From an uncultured Lentisphaeraceae bacterium (GTDB lineage Bacteria; Verrucomicrobiota; Kiritimatiellia; RFP12; UBA1067): a stretch of DNA of 64,000 bases. The number at the start of each line of letters is the position of its first letter. Position 1 is the first letter of the stretch. The DNA is taken from positions 12,058 to 76,057 of the forward strand of contig CAYLUN010000011.1 of assembly GCA_964386865.1 (NCBI GenBank), written 5' to 3'. The position numbers and the translations under genes were made by a program. Below, in pieces: positions 33,501 to 41,865 of the stretch. Below the pieces are notes generated by a model. The model saw nothing but the letters and a program-made list of their open reading frames with translations, did no database searches and was not told where the DNA came from.

Positions 33501-36111
33501 CAGCGGCGGCGAAGGCTGGACGGTCTCCTACTTCAGGGGCACGACCAACGTGACCGCCCTGATGACCGCCTCGGAGGGCTACGCGCTGACGGACTCCGCA
33601 GTTCAGGGCCAGGAGCTGATCGCCTCCAACGCGGCCGTCGAGCTGACGGTGCAGGTGGCGGCCGCATCGCCGGTGGCCGCGCGGACGCTCCTGCTCCGCG
33701 CCTTCTGGAACCCGCAGGATCCGAACCTCGAGGTGAAAGACGCGCTGCGCCTCGACCTACTGCCGCCGAACACCGCACCCAGCGCCACGAACAGCTTCGC
33801 GACCGTCGCGCCCGGCGGCAGCGTGGACGTGGATCTGTGGCCGTTGGCGTCGGACACCGAAACGCCGGCGTCCAACCTCTGGTTCGCGGTAACGGGCGCC
33901 GCGAACGGCACCGCCGTGCTGCTGGCCGACGGGCACACGGTGCGCTTCACGCCCGCCGCCGGCTACAACGGCCCTGCGACGTTCAGCTATACGGCGCGCG
34001 ACGAGTCGGACGACGCACGCCTGCTGAGGCATTACGACTTCGAGCCGCCGGACACCGTCGCGGACGCGCTGGCCACGGATCAGGCGGGCCGCAGCGACGG
34101 CGCGCTGCTGCGCGTCGGCGCGGGGGCTTACGCGTACGAGGCGAACGCGCCGCTGCGGCGGCAGGCGCAGAGCCTGCGCCTGGTCGAGGTCAGCGCGGGG
34201 ACGAACGCGGAGCTGCGGACCGCGCTGCCGGTCGCCGAGTTGAATCTGACGAACGCGTCCTGGACGATGTCGATGTGGCTCAAGCGGGCGGCGCGGAACA
34301 CGACCGACATGGCCTTCTACATCGGGAGCGGCAACGGGTCGAGCGGCGACGGCCACGAGCTGGAGCTGTGGGGCGGCGCCAACGAAGACCGGCTGAACCT
34401 GCGCTATTGGGATGCGGCGAACACGCAGCGCGCGATGTTCAGTTCCCCCGCCACCGTGACCACGGGCACGTGGCATCACGCGTCCGTCGTCTGGGCTGCC
34501 GCCGGCGGGGGTGCCGGCACCCTCGCGCTCTACGCGGACGGCTCGGCCTGCGGCAGCACGAACCTGACGGCGGGGTTCAAGCAGGCCCAGGATCTGATTT
34601 GGGGGGGCATCGCCTCCTCGGCGGCCGACGCGAGGGAGCTCAGCGGCTGGGTGGACGAATGCGCGCTCTACTCGGCGGCCCTGGGCGCAGACGAGGTCGC
34701 GCGGCTGGCCCAGATGCCCGTCCGCCACAACGCCGGCCTCGCGTGCGGTGGCAGCGTCACGATCAACGTCGACGATTCCGCAAACGAGTTGCTGGCCCGC
34801 TGGCCCTTCGACGGCGTGCTGGCCGATGTGACGGGCCACGGCTGGAACCTGGCCTCTGCGGGGGACGCCGCGCCGACGGCCGCCGCTTACAAGCAGGGCT
34901 CTCACAGCCTGGCGCTCGACGGCGCCGGCGACTACGTCTACACCGCGCCGCTGCCGCTCGGCAGCGCCTTCACGCTGGCCACGTGGATCTACGTGCCCTC
35001 CAACGCGCCCAACATTCAGACTGTGGCGGCGAACTCGGGCGGGGGCAACGCGAGCGGGTTCCGGTTCTATGTGAACGGCTACAACAGCAACCCCGGCGAC
35101 GGCAAGCTCGTGCTCGAAACGGCCAACGGCTCGGTCAGGCTCGACGTCGCCAGCGCAGCGGGGGCGGTGGCCAAAGACCGGTGGCAGCACGTCGCGGCGG
35201 TCGTCAACCGCGCCGCAGGGACGGCTACGCTCTACCGGAACGGGACGGCCGTGGGCGGGGGCAGCATCCGCACGGACTTCACCAACACCACGGCGCTCTA
35301 TCTGGGCGGCATGAGCGGCAACACGTATCCGTTCCGCTCGAACCTCGACGACGTCCGCGCCTACGGCCGCGCGCTCACCTCCAACGAACTGGCGGTGATC
35401 GTCAACGCCGTCAACGCGCCGCCGGCCCTCGGCGACGTGACGAACCGCGCGGTCGCGGTCAACGCCGGGACGGGGGCCGTCGGGTTCACCGTCTCCGACG
35501 ACGAGACCGCTCCGCAGCACCTGGCGCTCGCCGCGAACTCGTCCGACACCGGGCTCGTGCGGCAGGCGGCCATCGTGTTCGGCGGCAGCGGAGCGAACCG
35601 CACGGTGACGGTTACGCCCGTGAGCAACCGCCTCGGCAGCGCCGTCATCACGCTGACTGTGAGCGACGGCACGCGCGCCGCGAACGACGCCTTTACGGTG
35701 ACCGTCGCGGGAACGTCCCAAGAGGCGTGGCGCTTCGACCGCTTCGGCACGACCGCAAACAGCGGGGCTGCGGCTGACGGCGCGAACCCCGACGGCGACG
35801 ACTGGGACAACGCGCAGGAGTACGTGCTCGGCACCGACCCGTGGACGCTCAGCCCCGGCCTGACGGTAGATTCGGCCACGGTGACGGGGGGCTGCCTGCG
35901 GGTGACCTTCTATACGCGCCAGGCGTCGGGCGTGGGGTACGCCGGCCTCTCGCGCCGCTACGACGTGGAGTCAGCCGCCGCCCTGAGCGACTCTCCATGG
36001 TTCAGCGTGGCCGGCCTCACCGGCCTCGTGGGCAGCAACCGGACGGTTACGGTCAACGTGCCCTTCGACGGCCCCCGCCGCTTCTACCAGCTCAAGGTGC
36101 GGCTGCAGTAA
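30595..36111 (+). CDS. Giant (1838 aa) secreted surface protein: N-terminal beta-sandwich/glycan-binding-like regions, cadherin-like, 2x LamG, cadherin-like, C-terminal possible sorting domain
   Basis: Signal peptide after Met 30595 (track start 30553 is GTG). Two LamG_3 domains (WTMSMWLKR...TWHHASVVW...LYADGS and FTLATWIYV...WQHVAAVVN...LYRNGT). Cadherin-like modules are homologous to those in the 4214..13534 protein. The C-terminal 90 aa ends ...RRFYQLKVRLQ. Confidence 0.8.
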   Translation: MADIQTGGLAGSCPARWTAFAAALTLVQLACAAQALEQVTRQAEDASRIAAPVETALAGYRGSGYVNVPASGGSATWTDFDGGPGGGVNIQIRYQLAGTLTREAPLTVNGVTRRVRFAPTGSGVWGTVTAFGWLAAGETNAVTLSTDGADIGAVDEITVSQPAPVRVPARVYWGGYKNMSQLVGAGTSQWTWVQAHQDGLLLHGAYWGNPAMLPAPSNVAPALAALLAPRKPHYIYEAGFPGEYPRIDTALGTSNADAAIQDIDQLKAWGFSQPDVSTDYHMFAWQESMRYHPEWGHDDFFAALCGNWSTYTGVVVSAGTYGWYRQWTEKLAQRYAGIRVTACDSPVYFSWNDLRELGDGNNAYEAWVKLERRGTNVTALWSATGKSWLTLGVTTSSLPAAAYAGLAVTSRNNARLAAAAFGSAQVYNYFFDDVGRPGRGGSLSTGSGTFTLTSYGDNSNGTDEDAHFFVYREQAGDGAFVARVASLTNNASATRAETSAGLELRESLAANARVVSLSLRNDNKVQFQTRTSAGGALATVASPAASEPAWLKLVRSGNSFSAWISTNGTSYAQVGTTQTVALASATKLGLFCDSGVYWEDAAAQFSHVDFLDATAHSASWSGRDIGAPGVAGSHSGTSTITVEASGADIGGASDQFRFVYKPLTGDGTVLGQCSTFADKASPATALDALAKMGVMLRASTNANARHAAAVFTPQQGIRHLSRAADGAPTATGGVWGVGEAAIVPSLTGARRALAHYLTGNDFFAALRDAFPSTYKTNGVGFTTDSPYRSYMCWGGSETHGDAQKHRQKIRLYEAWLQANGMEHQLIANSNVGGATGTQAERDAWDSDYADESLRSIALHQLEGGRPDRVIFESWYDGPYTLVPETKSGSFANLALRGLKYLKGEGQTLDLTVKANPASFFFGGGLQQSVPAGEQARSWRAATTNAAQTFTVRLRNAGEVEALPVLHAYASGGEGWTVSYFRGTTNVTALMTASEGYALTDSAVQGQELIASNAAVELTVQVAAASPVAARTLLLRAFWNPQDPNLEVKDALRLDLLPPNTAPSATNSFATVAPGGSVDVDLWPLASDTETPASNLWFAVTGAANGTAVLLADGHTVRFTPAAGYNGPATFSYTARDESDDARLLRHYDFEPPDTVADALATDQAGRSDGALLRVGAGAYAYEANAPLRRQAQSLRLVEVSAGTNAELRTALPVAELNLTNASWTMSMWLKRAARNTTDMAFYIGSGNGSSGDGHELELWGGANEDRLNLRYWDAANTQRAMFSSPATVTTGTWHHASVVWAAAGGGAGTLALYADGSACGSTNLTAGFKQAQDLIWGGIASSAADARELSGWVDECALYSAALGADEVARLAQMPVRHNAGLACGGSVTINVDDSANELLARWPFDGVLADVTGHGWNLASAGDAAPTAAAYKQGSHSLALDGAGDYVYTAPLPLGSAFTLATWIYVPSNAPNIQTVAANSGGGNASGFRFYVNGYNSNPGDGKLVLETANGSVRLDVASAAGAVAKDRWQHVAAVVNRAAGTATLYRNGTAVGGGSIRTDFTNTTALYLGGMSGNTYPFRSNLDDVRAYGRALTSNELAVIVNAVNAPPALGDVTNRAVAVNAGTGAVGFTVSDDETAPQHLALAANSSDTGLVRQAAIVFGGSGANRTVTVTPVSNRLGSAVITLTVSDGTRAANDAFTVTVAGTSQEAWRFDRFGTTANSGAAADGANPDGDDWDNAQEYVLGTDPWTLSPGLTVDSATVTGGCLRVTFYTRQASGVGYAGLSRRYDVESAAALSDSPWFSVAGLTGLVGSNRTVTVNVPFDGPRRFYQLKVRLQ

Positions 36112-36230
36112 GCGCTCGCCTGGCCCCGCGAGGGAAACGCCCAACAAAGGCCGGCTGCGGGCGCTGCGGGTGGGCGCGGCGAGCTGCCCGCCTGCCACCT
36201 GACGACCCGCGCAAAAAAATAGGAGTTGGC

Positions 36231-36266
36231 GTGGGTTGACCACAGGCAGTCCGTGTGATATTCTGA
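36231..36266 (+). promoter_or_regulatory. Putative sigma70-like promoter for rpmH-rnpA-yidD-yidC
   Basis: TTGACC, then 17 nt, then TATTCT, about 40 nt upstream of the rpmH RBS. Confidence 0.3.
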
Positions 36267-36304
36267 AATACTCTTTTTTGACGAGAAAGGTAGGAGATTC
36301 CGAA

Positions 36305-36442
36305 ATGAAGATGATGTGGCAGCCTTCGAAGATCAAGCGCGTTCGCAAGATCGGTTTCCGCGCGCGCATGTCCACCAAGGGTGGCCGCGCGTTGCTCAAC
36401 GCCCGCCGCCGTAAGGGCCGTCTGCGCCTGACTCAGGTGTAA
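36305..36442 (+). CDS. rpmH: 50S ribosomal protein L34
   Basis: [45 protein letters not shown] matches the L34 consensus. RBS AGGAGA. The track ORF starts at an upstream non-conserved Met. Confidence 0.95.
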   Translation: MKMMWQPSKIKRVRKIGFRARMSTKGGRALLNARRRKGRLRLTQV

Positions 36443-36454
36443 CGGCAGGCTCCG

Positions 36455-36871
36455 GTGCATGACGTCATGAACGGTTCTGCCCAGATCCGGGATGGCGGCG
36501 AGCTGTTGCCGGGCCCTTTCCGGCTCGACTCTTCCAAATACAAAGCCGTATTTGCCGAAAAGACGTCGTTCTACGGGCAGACCTTGGTGATCTGGGTAGC
36601 GATCACGCCCGACGCCGGCCGCAGGGCCGGCGTTGTCGTTTCCAAGCGGACGTTCCGGCGGGCGGTGGATCGCAACCGCGCCAAGCGGCTGATGCGCGAG
36701 GCGTTCCGCCTGAGCCGGCACCGGCTCAAGCCGGACGTGGCCCTGATTCTGATCGCCCGCGGCGGCATCGCGGGCAAGCGGTGTCAGGACGTGAAGATCG
36801 ATTTCGAGCGGATCTGCCGGCGGGCCAAGGTCTGGCAGACGGCGGCGGCTCCCGGCGCGGCGCCGGCCTGA
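36455..36871 (+). CDS. rnpA: Ribonuclease P protein component
   Basis: RNase P protein motif VSKRTFRRAVDRNRAKRLMREAFR. The start is ambiguous: GTG at 36455 or ATG at 36467. Confidence 0.85.
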   Translation: MHDVMNGSAQIRDGGELLPGPFRLDSSKYKAVFAEKTSFYGQTLVIWVAITPDAGRRAGVVVSKRTFRRAVDRNRAKRLMREAFRLSRHRLKPDVALILIARGGIAGKRCQDVKIDFERICRRAKVWQTAAAPGAAPA

Positions 36872-36882
36872 CGGAGGTGAGG

Positions 36883-37140
36883 ATGCGGCGGATCGTGGCC
36901 CTCGTCAGCCGGGCCGTGTGCGGCGTGCTGATTCTGTTTGTGCGGGCTTATCAGGTGACGCTCTCGCCGCACATCGGAAGCTGCTGCAGGTTCGAGCCGA
37001 CCTGCTCGGCTTACTGCATCGAGGCGCTGAAGACGCACGGCGCGTGGCGGGGCGGCTGGCTGACGCTTCGGCGCATCCTGCGCTGCCGCCCCTTCGGGCC
37101 TTCGGGCTACGATCCGGTGCCGCCCAGGAAAGGCTGTTAG
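36883..37140 (+). CDS. yidD: Membrane protein insertion efficiency factor YidD
   Basis: Conserved CRFEPTCSAY motif. RBS GGAGGTGA precedes the ATG at 36883. 85 aa. Confidence 0.9.
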   Translation: MRRIVALVSRAVCGVLILFVRAYQVTLSPHIGSCCRFEPTCSAYCIEALKTHGAWRGGWLTLRRILRCRPFGPSGYDPVPPRKGC

Positions 37141-37222
37141 GCAGAAGGCTGTTAGACTGTTAGGCAACCTCGCAACCGCTGAACCGTGAACCGTAGAACC
37201 TTTTCAACCTGAGCATTTACCC

Positions 37223-39046
37223 ATGAATAAACAAGAAAAACTCATTGCGATCCTGCTCGGCGCCCTGCTGGTCGGGTGGATGTTCTATACGCAGCGCCAA
37301 GCGGCGAAACAGGCGGCCGCACAGGCCGAGGCCCGTTCCGCCACACAGGCCGAAATCGCCGGGCCTTCTGTGAAGGATGCGGTTCTCACGGCGCCCACGC
37401 GCGAGCCCGCGCAGCCGGAGCCAGCCCAGCCCGCCGTGGAGGCGCAGGCGGCCGCGCTGCCGGAGACACCCGAAGAGGTGGTCGAGCTGGCGAGCGACGA
37501 CATGACGCTCGCCGTGTCCTCCCACGGCGCGGTGCTCAAGCGCGCGACGCTCAGCGGGTACACGTCCCTTCCCGGCAAGCCGGGCGAGGGCAACCCGCCC
37601 GTGACGTTCGACTTCGCCGCCGCGCCGGGGCTTGAGCTGACCGGGCTCCCCGGCCTTGCCGCAAATGCGGCGTACCGCGTCGAGCGCGACCCCGCGGGCC
37701 GCGCGGTCACGCTGACCGCCTCCACGGCGCAGGGGCTGACCATCGTGCGCCGCATCGAGCTGCTGAAGGACTACCAGGTCAAGGTCTCGGACGCCGTCAA
37801 GAACGCCAGCGACAACGTGGTCGTGCTCGGCACCAACGCCGTCTGCCTCGGCGCGATGGCCAAGGGCGCCTCGAAGAACGAGGTGCTTTCCGTCGACTCG
37901 CTGCCCGCCGTCGCCGGCGCGAAGGCCCGCTATTGGGGCTCCGAGAAGGCGACCAAGCAGTACCTCGTGGGCGGGAACGCCACGGGCATGGGCTGCGGGG
38001 GGGCGCCGGCGGCGACCGGGATGCCGGACCACATGACCCTGCCGGTCTTCGAGCCCCAGGCGTGGGTCGCGCTGAAGTCGCGCTTCTTCGTTGCCGCCCT
38101 CTCCTCGTCGGAGACCAACTGCGGGTTCACGGTTCGCACCACGCGCGACACCTCGAAGCCGATCTACGAGCTTAGCTGCGTTTCGGCTCGCGTCCTCTTC
38201 CCCGGCCGCGTGCTGGCCCAGGGCGAGACCCTGAGCCGCGACTACTCGCTCTTCGTGGGGCCGAAGAAGCTCTCGCTCTTGCAGGAGATGGGCAACGGCA
38301 TGGACGCCGTGATGGAGTTCGGCTTCTTCGCCTGGTTCTGCAAGCTGCTGGTGCCGACGCTCAACTTCTTCCACCGGCTCCTGCCCAGCTACGGCGTCGC
38401 GATCATCCTGCTGACCTTCCTCGTGCGCATCATCTTCTGGCCGCTGACCCACAAGAGCACGGTGAGCATGCGGAAGATGCAGGAGCTGCAGCCCAAGCTG
38501 AAGGAGATCCAGGCCAAGTTTAAGGACAATCCGCAGAAGATGCAGCAGGAGACGTGGGCCGTCTACCGCGAGAACAAAGTCAACCCGATGTCGAGCTGCC
38601 TGCCGATGCTGATCCAAATACCGGTCTTCATCGCGCTCTTCACGGTTCTGCGCAGCGCGGTGGAGCTGCGCTACGCGCCGTTCCTGTGGATCGCCGACCT
38701 GAGCGAGCCGGAGAACCTGTTCGCCGGCGTGCTGCCGATGCCGCTGAACATCCTGCCGTTCCTGATGTCCGGCACCATGGCGCTGCAGAGCTATCTCACG
38801 CCGTCGATGGGCGACCCGGCGCAGCAGAAGATGATGATGATCATGATGCCGATCATGATGCTCTTCATGTTCTACAGCTTCCCGGCGGCGCTCTCGCTCT
38901 ACTGGACGGTGAGCCAGGTGCTGTCGATCGTGCAGATGCTGATGATACGTCAGAAGATCGCGCACAAGCACGACTCGGACGGAAGCGTGACGGTTGAGGC
39001 GCCTCAGACCCGCCAGCAGCGCCGCTCGGCCGCCCGCACCGATTGA
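37223..39046 (+). CDS. yidC: Membrane protein insertase YidC
   Basis: N-terminal TM segment with a large periplasmic domain. A conserved C-terminal 5-TM core is present (PLTHKSTVSMRKMQELQPKLKEIQAKFKDNPQKMQQE...). Confidence 0.95.
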   Translation: MNKQEKLIAILLGALLVGWMFYTQRQAAKQAAAQAEARSATQAEIAGPSVKDAVLTAPTREPAQPEPAQPAVEAQAAALPETPEEVVELASDDMTLAVSSHGAVLKRATLSGYTSLPGKPGEGNPPVTFDFAAAPGLELTGLPGLAANAAYRVERDPAGRAVTLTASTAQGLTIVRRIELLKDYQVKVSDAVKNASDNVVVLGTNAVCLGAMAKGASKNEVLSVDSLPAVAGAKARYWGSEKATKQYLVGGNATGMGCGGAPAATGMPDHMTLPVFEPQAWVALKSRFFVAALSSSETNCGFTVRTTRDTSKPIYELSCVSARVLFPGRVLAQGETLSRDYSLFVGPKKLSLLQEMGNGMDAVMEFGFFAWFCKLLVPTLNFFHRLLPSYGVAIILLTFLVRIIFWPLTHKSTVSMRKMQELQPKLKEIQAKFKDNPQKMQQETWAVYRENKVNPMSSCLPMLIQIPVFIALFTVLRSAVELRYAPFLWIADLSEPENLFAGVLPMPLNILPFLMSGTMALQSYLTPSMGDPAQQKMMMIMMPIMMLFMFYSFPAALSLYWTVSQVLSIVQMLMIRQKIAHKHDSDGSVTVEAPQTRQQRRSAARTD

Positions 39047-39278
39047 TCGTTCGTTTTGTGTCAGCTTGCTGATCGTTCACAAACCCGCCCGTCACGCTCG
39101 GTGCGAACGCACGAGTCATGTGTAAAGCGGACGCGCAGACGCGCGTCCCTCCCCGCGACAGCTGTGTCAGCAGGGCGGGGGCGAGCGTCTGCCCGCCACA
39201 CTGTGTATTGCGTGCAGAGGCCCGCTGAGCGTATAATCCCGCCACAGTTACAGAATACGAGGCGGAGGGAGACTGTCT

Positions 39279-41561
39279 ATGCATAGGGCGTTCTGGGCGG
39301 CGGTCGGTGTCTGCGTGGCAGGAGCGGTTGCGGCGGAGCCGGTGGGCGACCCGGTCGCGTACGCGCTGCCGCTGATGGGCACGGACAGCAGCCACAAGCT
39401 GTCCGCGGGCAACGTCTACCCCGCGATCGCCCGGCCGTGGGGCATGAACGTCTGGACGCCGCAGACGGGCAAGATCGGCGACGGCTGGGCCTACTCCTAC
39501 GACGCCGACAAGATCGCGGGCATCAAGCAGACGCACCAGCCCAGCCCGTGGATCAACGACTACGGCCAGTTCGCCGTGCTGCCCGTGGCGGGCAAGCGCG
39601 TCTTCCATCAGGACGACCGGCCGAGCTGGTTCTCGCACAAGGCCGAGCAGGCCCTGCCGCACTACTACCGCGTCTACCTGGCGGACTACGACACCACGGT
39701 AGAGGTTACGCCGACCGAGCGCGCCGCGCTCTTCCGCGTGACCTATCCCGCGACCGACCAGGCCTACGTGGTCATCGACGCCTTCGACAAGGGCTCGTAC
39801 GTCAAAGTCATCCCCGAGCAGCGCAAGGTGGTCGGCTGGACCACGCGCAACAGCGGCGGCGTGCCAGCGAACTTCAAGAACTACTTCGTGCTGGTGTTCG
39901 ACCAGCCCTTTGTCTCGGCGCACGTCTGGAAGGACAAGGAGCTGCGGGAAGGCCAGCTCGAGATTCAGGACAACCACGTCGGCGCGCTGGTGCAGTTTAT
40001 GGCCGCCGCGCGCGGCGACCGCGTCCACTTCCGCGTCGCGTCGTCGTTCATCAGCCCCGAGCAGGCCGAGCTGAACCTGAAGGAGCTCGGCGGCGATTCG
40101 TTCGACGCGCTCTGCGAGAAGGGGCGGCAGGCGTGGAACCAGACCCTTGGCCGCGTCGCGGTCGAGGGCGGCACGCTCGACCAGACCCGCGTCTTCTATA
40201 CCTGCCTCTACCGCTCGCTGCTCTTTCCCCGGGCGTTCTACGAGATCGACGCGGCGGGCAAGCCCGTCCACTACAGCCCGCACACGGGCGAGGTGAATCC
40301 CGGCTACTATTTTACCGACAGCGGCTTTTGGGACACCTTCCGCTCGCTCTTCCCGCTGCTGAACTTCCTCTACCCCTCGATGAACGCCAAGATGACCGCC
40401 GGCCTGGAGGCCTGCTACCGCGAGAGCGGCTGGCTGCCGGAGTGGGCGAGTCCGGGCCACCGCGGCTGCATGGTCGGCAACAACTCCGCGTCGGTCGTGG
40501 CGGACGCGTGGCTGAGCGGCGCGCGCGGCGGGTACGACATGGCCGCGCTCTACGAGGCCGTCGTGCACGGCGCGGAGAACGCGCACCCGAGCATCCAGTC
40601 GGTCGGCCGCGCGGGCGCCAAGGAGTACCTCGAGCTCGGCTACGTGCCGCGCGACATCGGGATCAACGAGAGCGCCGCACGCACGCTGGAGTACGCCTAC
40701 GACGACTGGTGCGCGTGGCGGCTGGCGGTCGACCTCAAGCGGCCGCAGGCGGAGGTCGACCGCTTCGCCACGCGCTGCCAGAACTACCGCAACCTCTTCA
40801 ATCCGGCCGCCGGCCTGATGTGCGGGCGCAACAAGGACGGCTCGTTCGACAAGGACTTCAACCCCTTCAAGTGGGGCGGCGACTTCACCGAGGGCAACAG
40901 CTGGCACTACTCGTGGTCGGCCTTCCACGACGTGCAGGGGCTGATCGGCCTGATGGGCGGACGGCAGGCCTTCGCGGCCAAGCTGGACGAGGTCTTCACG
41001 CTGCCGCCGGTCTTCGACGAGAGCTACTACCGCGCGGTGATCCACGAGATCCGCGAAATGCAGATCATGAACTTCGGGCAGTACGCGCACGGCAACCAGC
41101 CGATCCAGCACATGATCTACCTCTACGCCTACGCGGGCGAGCCGTGGAAGACGCAGCGCTGGGTGCGCGAGGTGATGGACCGGCTCTACGCGCCCGCGCC
41201 GGACGGCTACTGCGGCGACGAGGACAACGGCCAGACCTCGGCGTGGTACGTCTGGTCCGCGCTCGGCTTCTATCCGGTCTGCCCCGGCAGCGGCGAGGTC
41301 GTGCTCGGCGCGCCGCTCTTCAAGAAGGCCACGGTGACTTTCGAGAACGGCCAGGTGCTCGTGATCCGCGCCCCGCAGAACAACGCCGCAAACCGCTACA
41401 TCGGCAAGATGGAGCTGAACGGCAAGACGTACACGAAGAATTTCCTCGTGATCGACGCGCTGAAGAAGGGTGCGGAGATCGACCTCGACATGGCCGACGT
41501 GCCCAACGCGACGCGCGGCGCGGCGGCCGGCGACGCGCCGTACTCGTTCTCGCGGAAATGA
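39279..41561 (+). CDS. Glycoside hydrolase family 92-like alpha-mannosidase
   Basis: Signal peptide present. GH92-like motifs include PLMGTD...GNVYPAIARPWGM and GDEDNGQTSAWYVWSALGFYPVCPG. 760 aa, RBS GGAGGGA. Confidence 0.75.
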   Translation: MHRAFWAAVGVCVAGAVAAEPVGDPVAYALPLMGTDSSHKLSAGNVYPAIARPWGMNVWTPQTGKIGDGWAYSYDADKIAGIKQTHQPSPWINDYGQFAVLPVAGKRVFHQDDRPSWFSHKAEQALPHYYRVYLADYDTTVEVTPTERAALFRVTYPATDQAYVVIDAFDKGSYVKVIPEQRKVVGWTTRNSGGVPANFKNYFVLVFDQPFVSAHVWKDKELREGQLEIQDNHVGALVQFMAAARGDRVHFRVASSFISPEQAELNLKELGGDSFDALCEKGRQAWNQTLGRVAVEGGTLDQTRVFYTCLYRSLLFPRAFYEIDAAGKPVHYSPHTGEVNPGYYFTDSGFWDTFRSLFPLLNFLYPSMNAKMTAGLEACYRESGWLPEWASPGHRGCMVGNNSASVVADAWLSGARGGYDMAALYEAVVHGAENAHPSIQSVGRAGAKEYLELGYVPRDIGINESAARTLEYAYDDWCAWRLAVDLKRPQAEVDRFATRCQNYRNLFNPAAGLMCGRNKDGSFDKDFNPFKWGGDFTEGNSWHYSWSAFHDVQGLIGLMGGRQAFAAKLDEVFTLPPVFDESYYRAVIHEIREMQIMNFGQYAHGNQPIQHMIYLYAYAGEPWKTQRWVREVMDRLYAPAPDGYCGDEDNGQTSAWYVWSALGFYPVCPGSGEVVLGAPLFKKATVTFENGQVLVIRAPQNNAANRYIGKMELNGKTYTKNFLVIDALKKGAEIDLDMADVPNATRGAAAGDAPYSFSRK

Positions 41562-41865
41562 GCGCACGCTCCACGGCTGAACAGGTGTTTGGGCAGGGAC
41601 GCCGCCCCGTCGGCGTCCGCCCTTCGGCTGGCTCGGGACTGGCGGATGGCAGGGGCTGCCTTCCCGACCACGCCATGCGCGATCACGGGTCTCATGCCGC
41701 GGCCGAAAAGTATCTAGACCCTGTGACAGGCACAATACACACGGGAGGGCCGGGTTCCACCCCGGCCGCGGACGGCGTGGAAGGCGTCCTTCCCTGTGTG
41801 TGTGGCGCCCGTTTAGTCCATTTACTTTTCGGCAGCGGTATTATATTAGGACAGGAGGTAATCGA

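Noticed and set aside
36112-36304. Possible terminator with an A7 run after giant gene 2
   Set aside because: The run is A-rich on the coding strand, not U-rich, and the stem candidates are imperfect. The region is more plausibly the rpmH promoter and 5' UTR.
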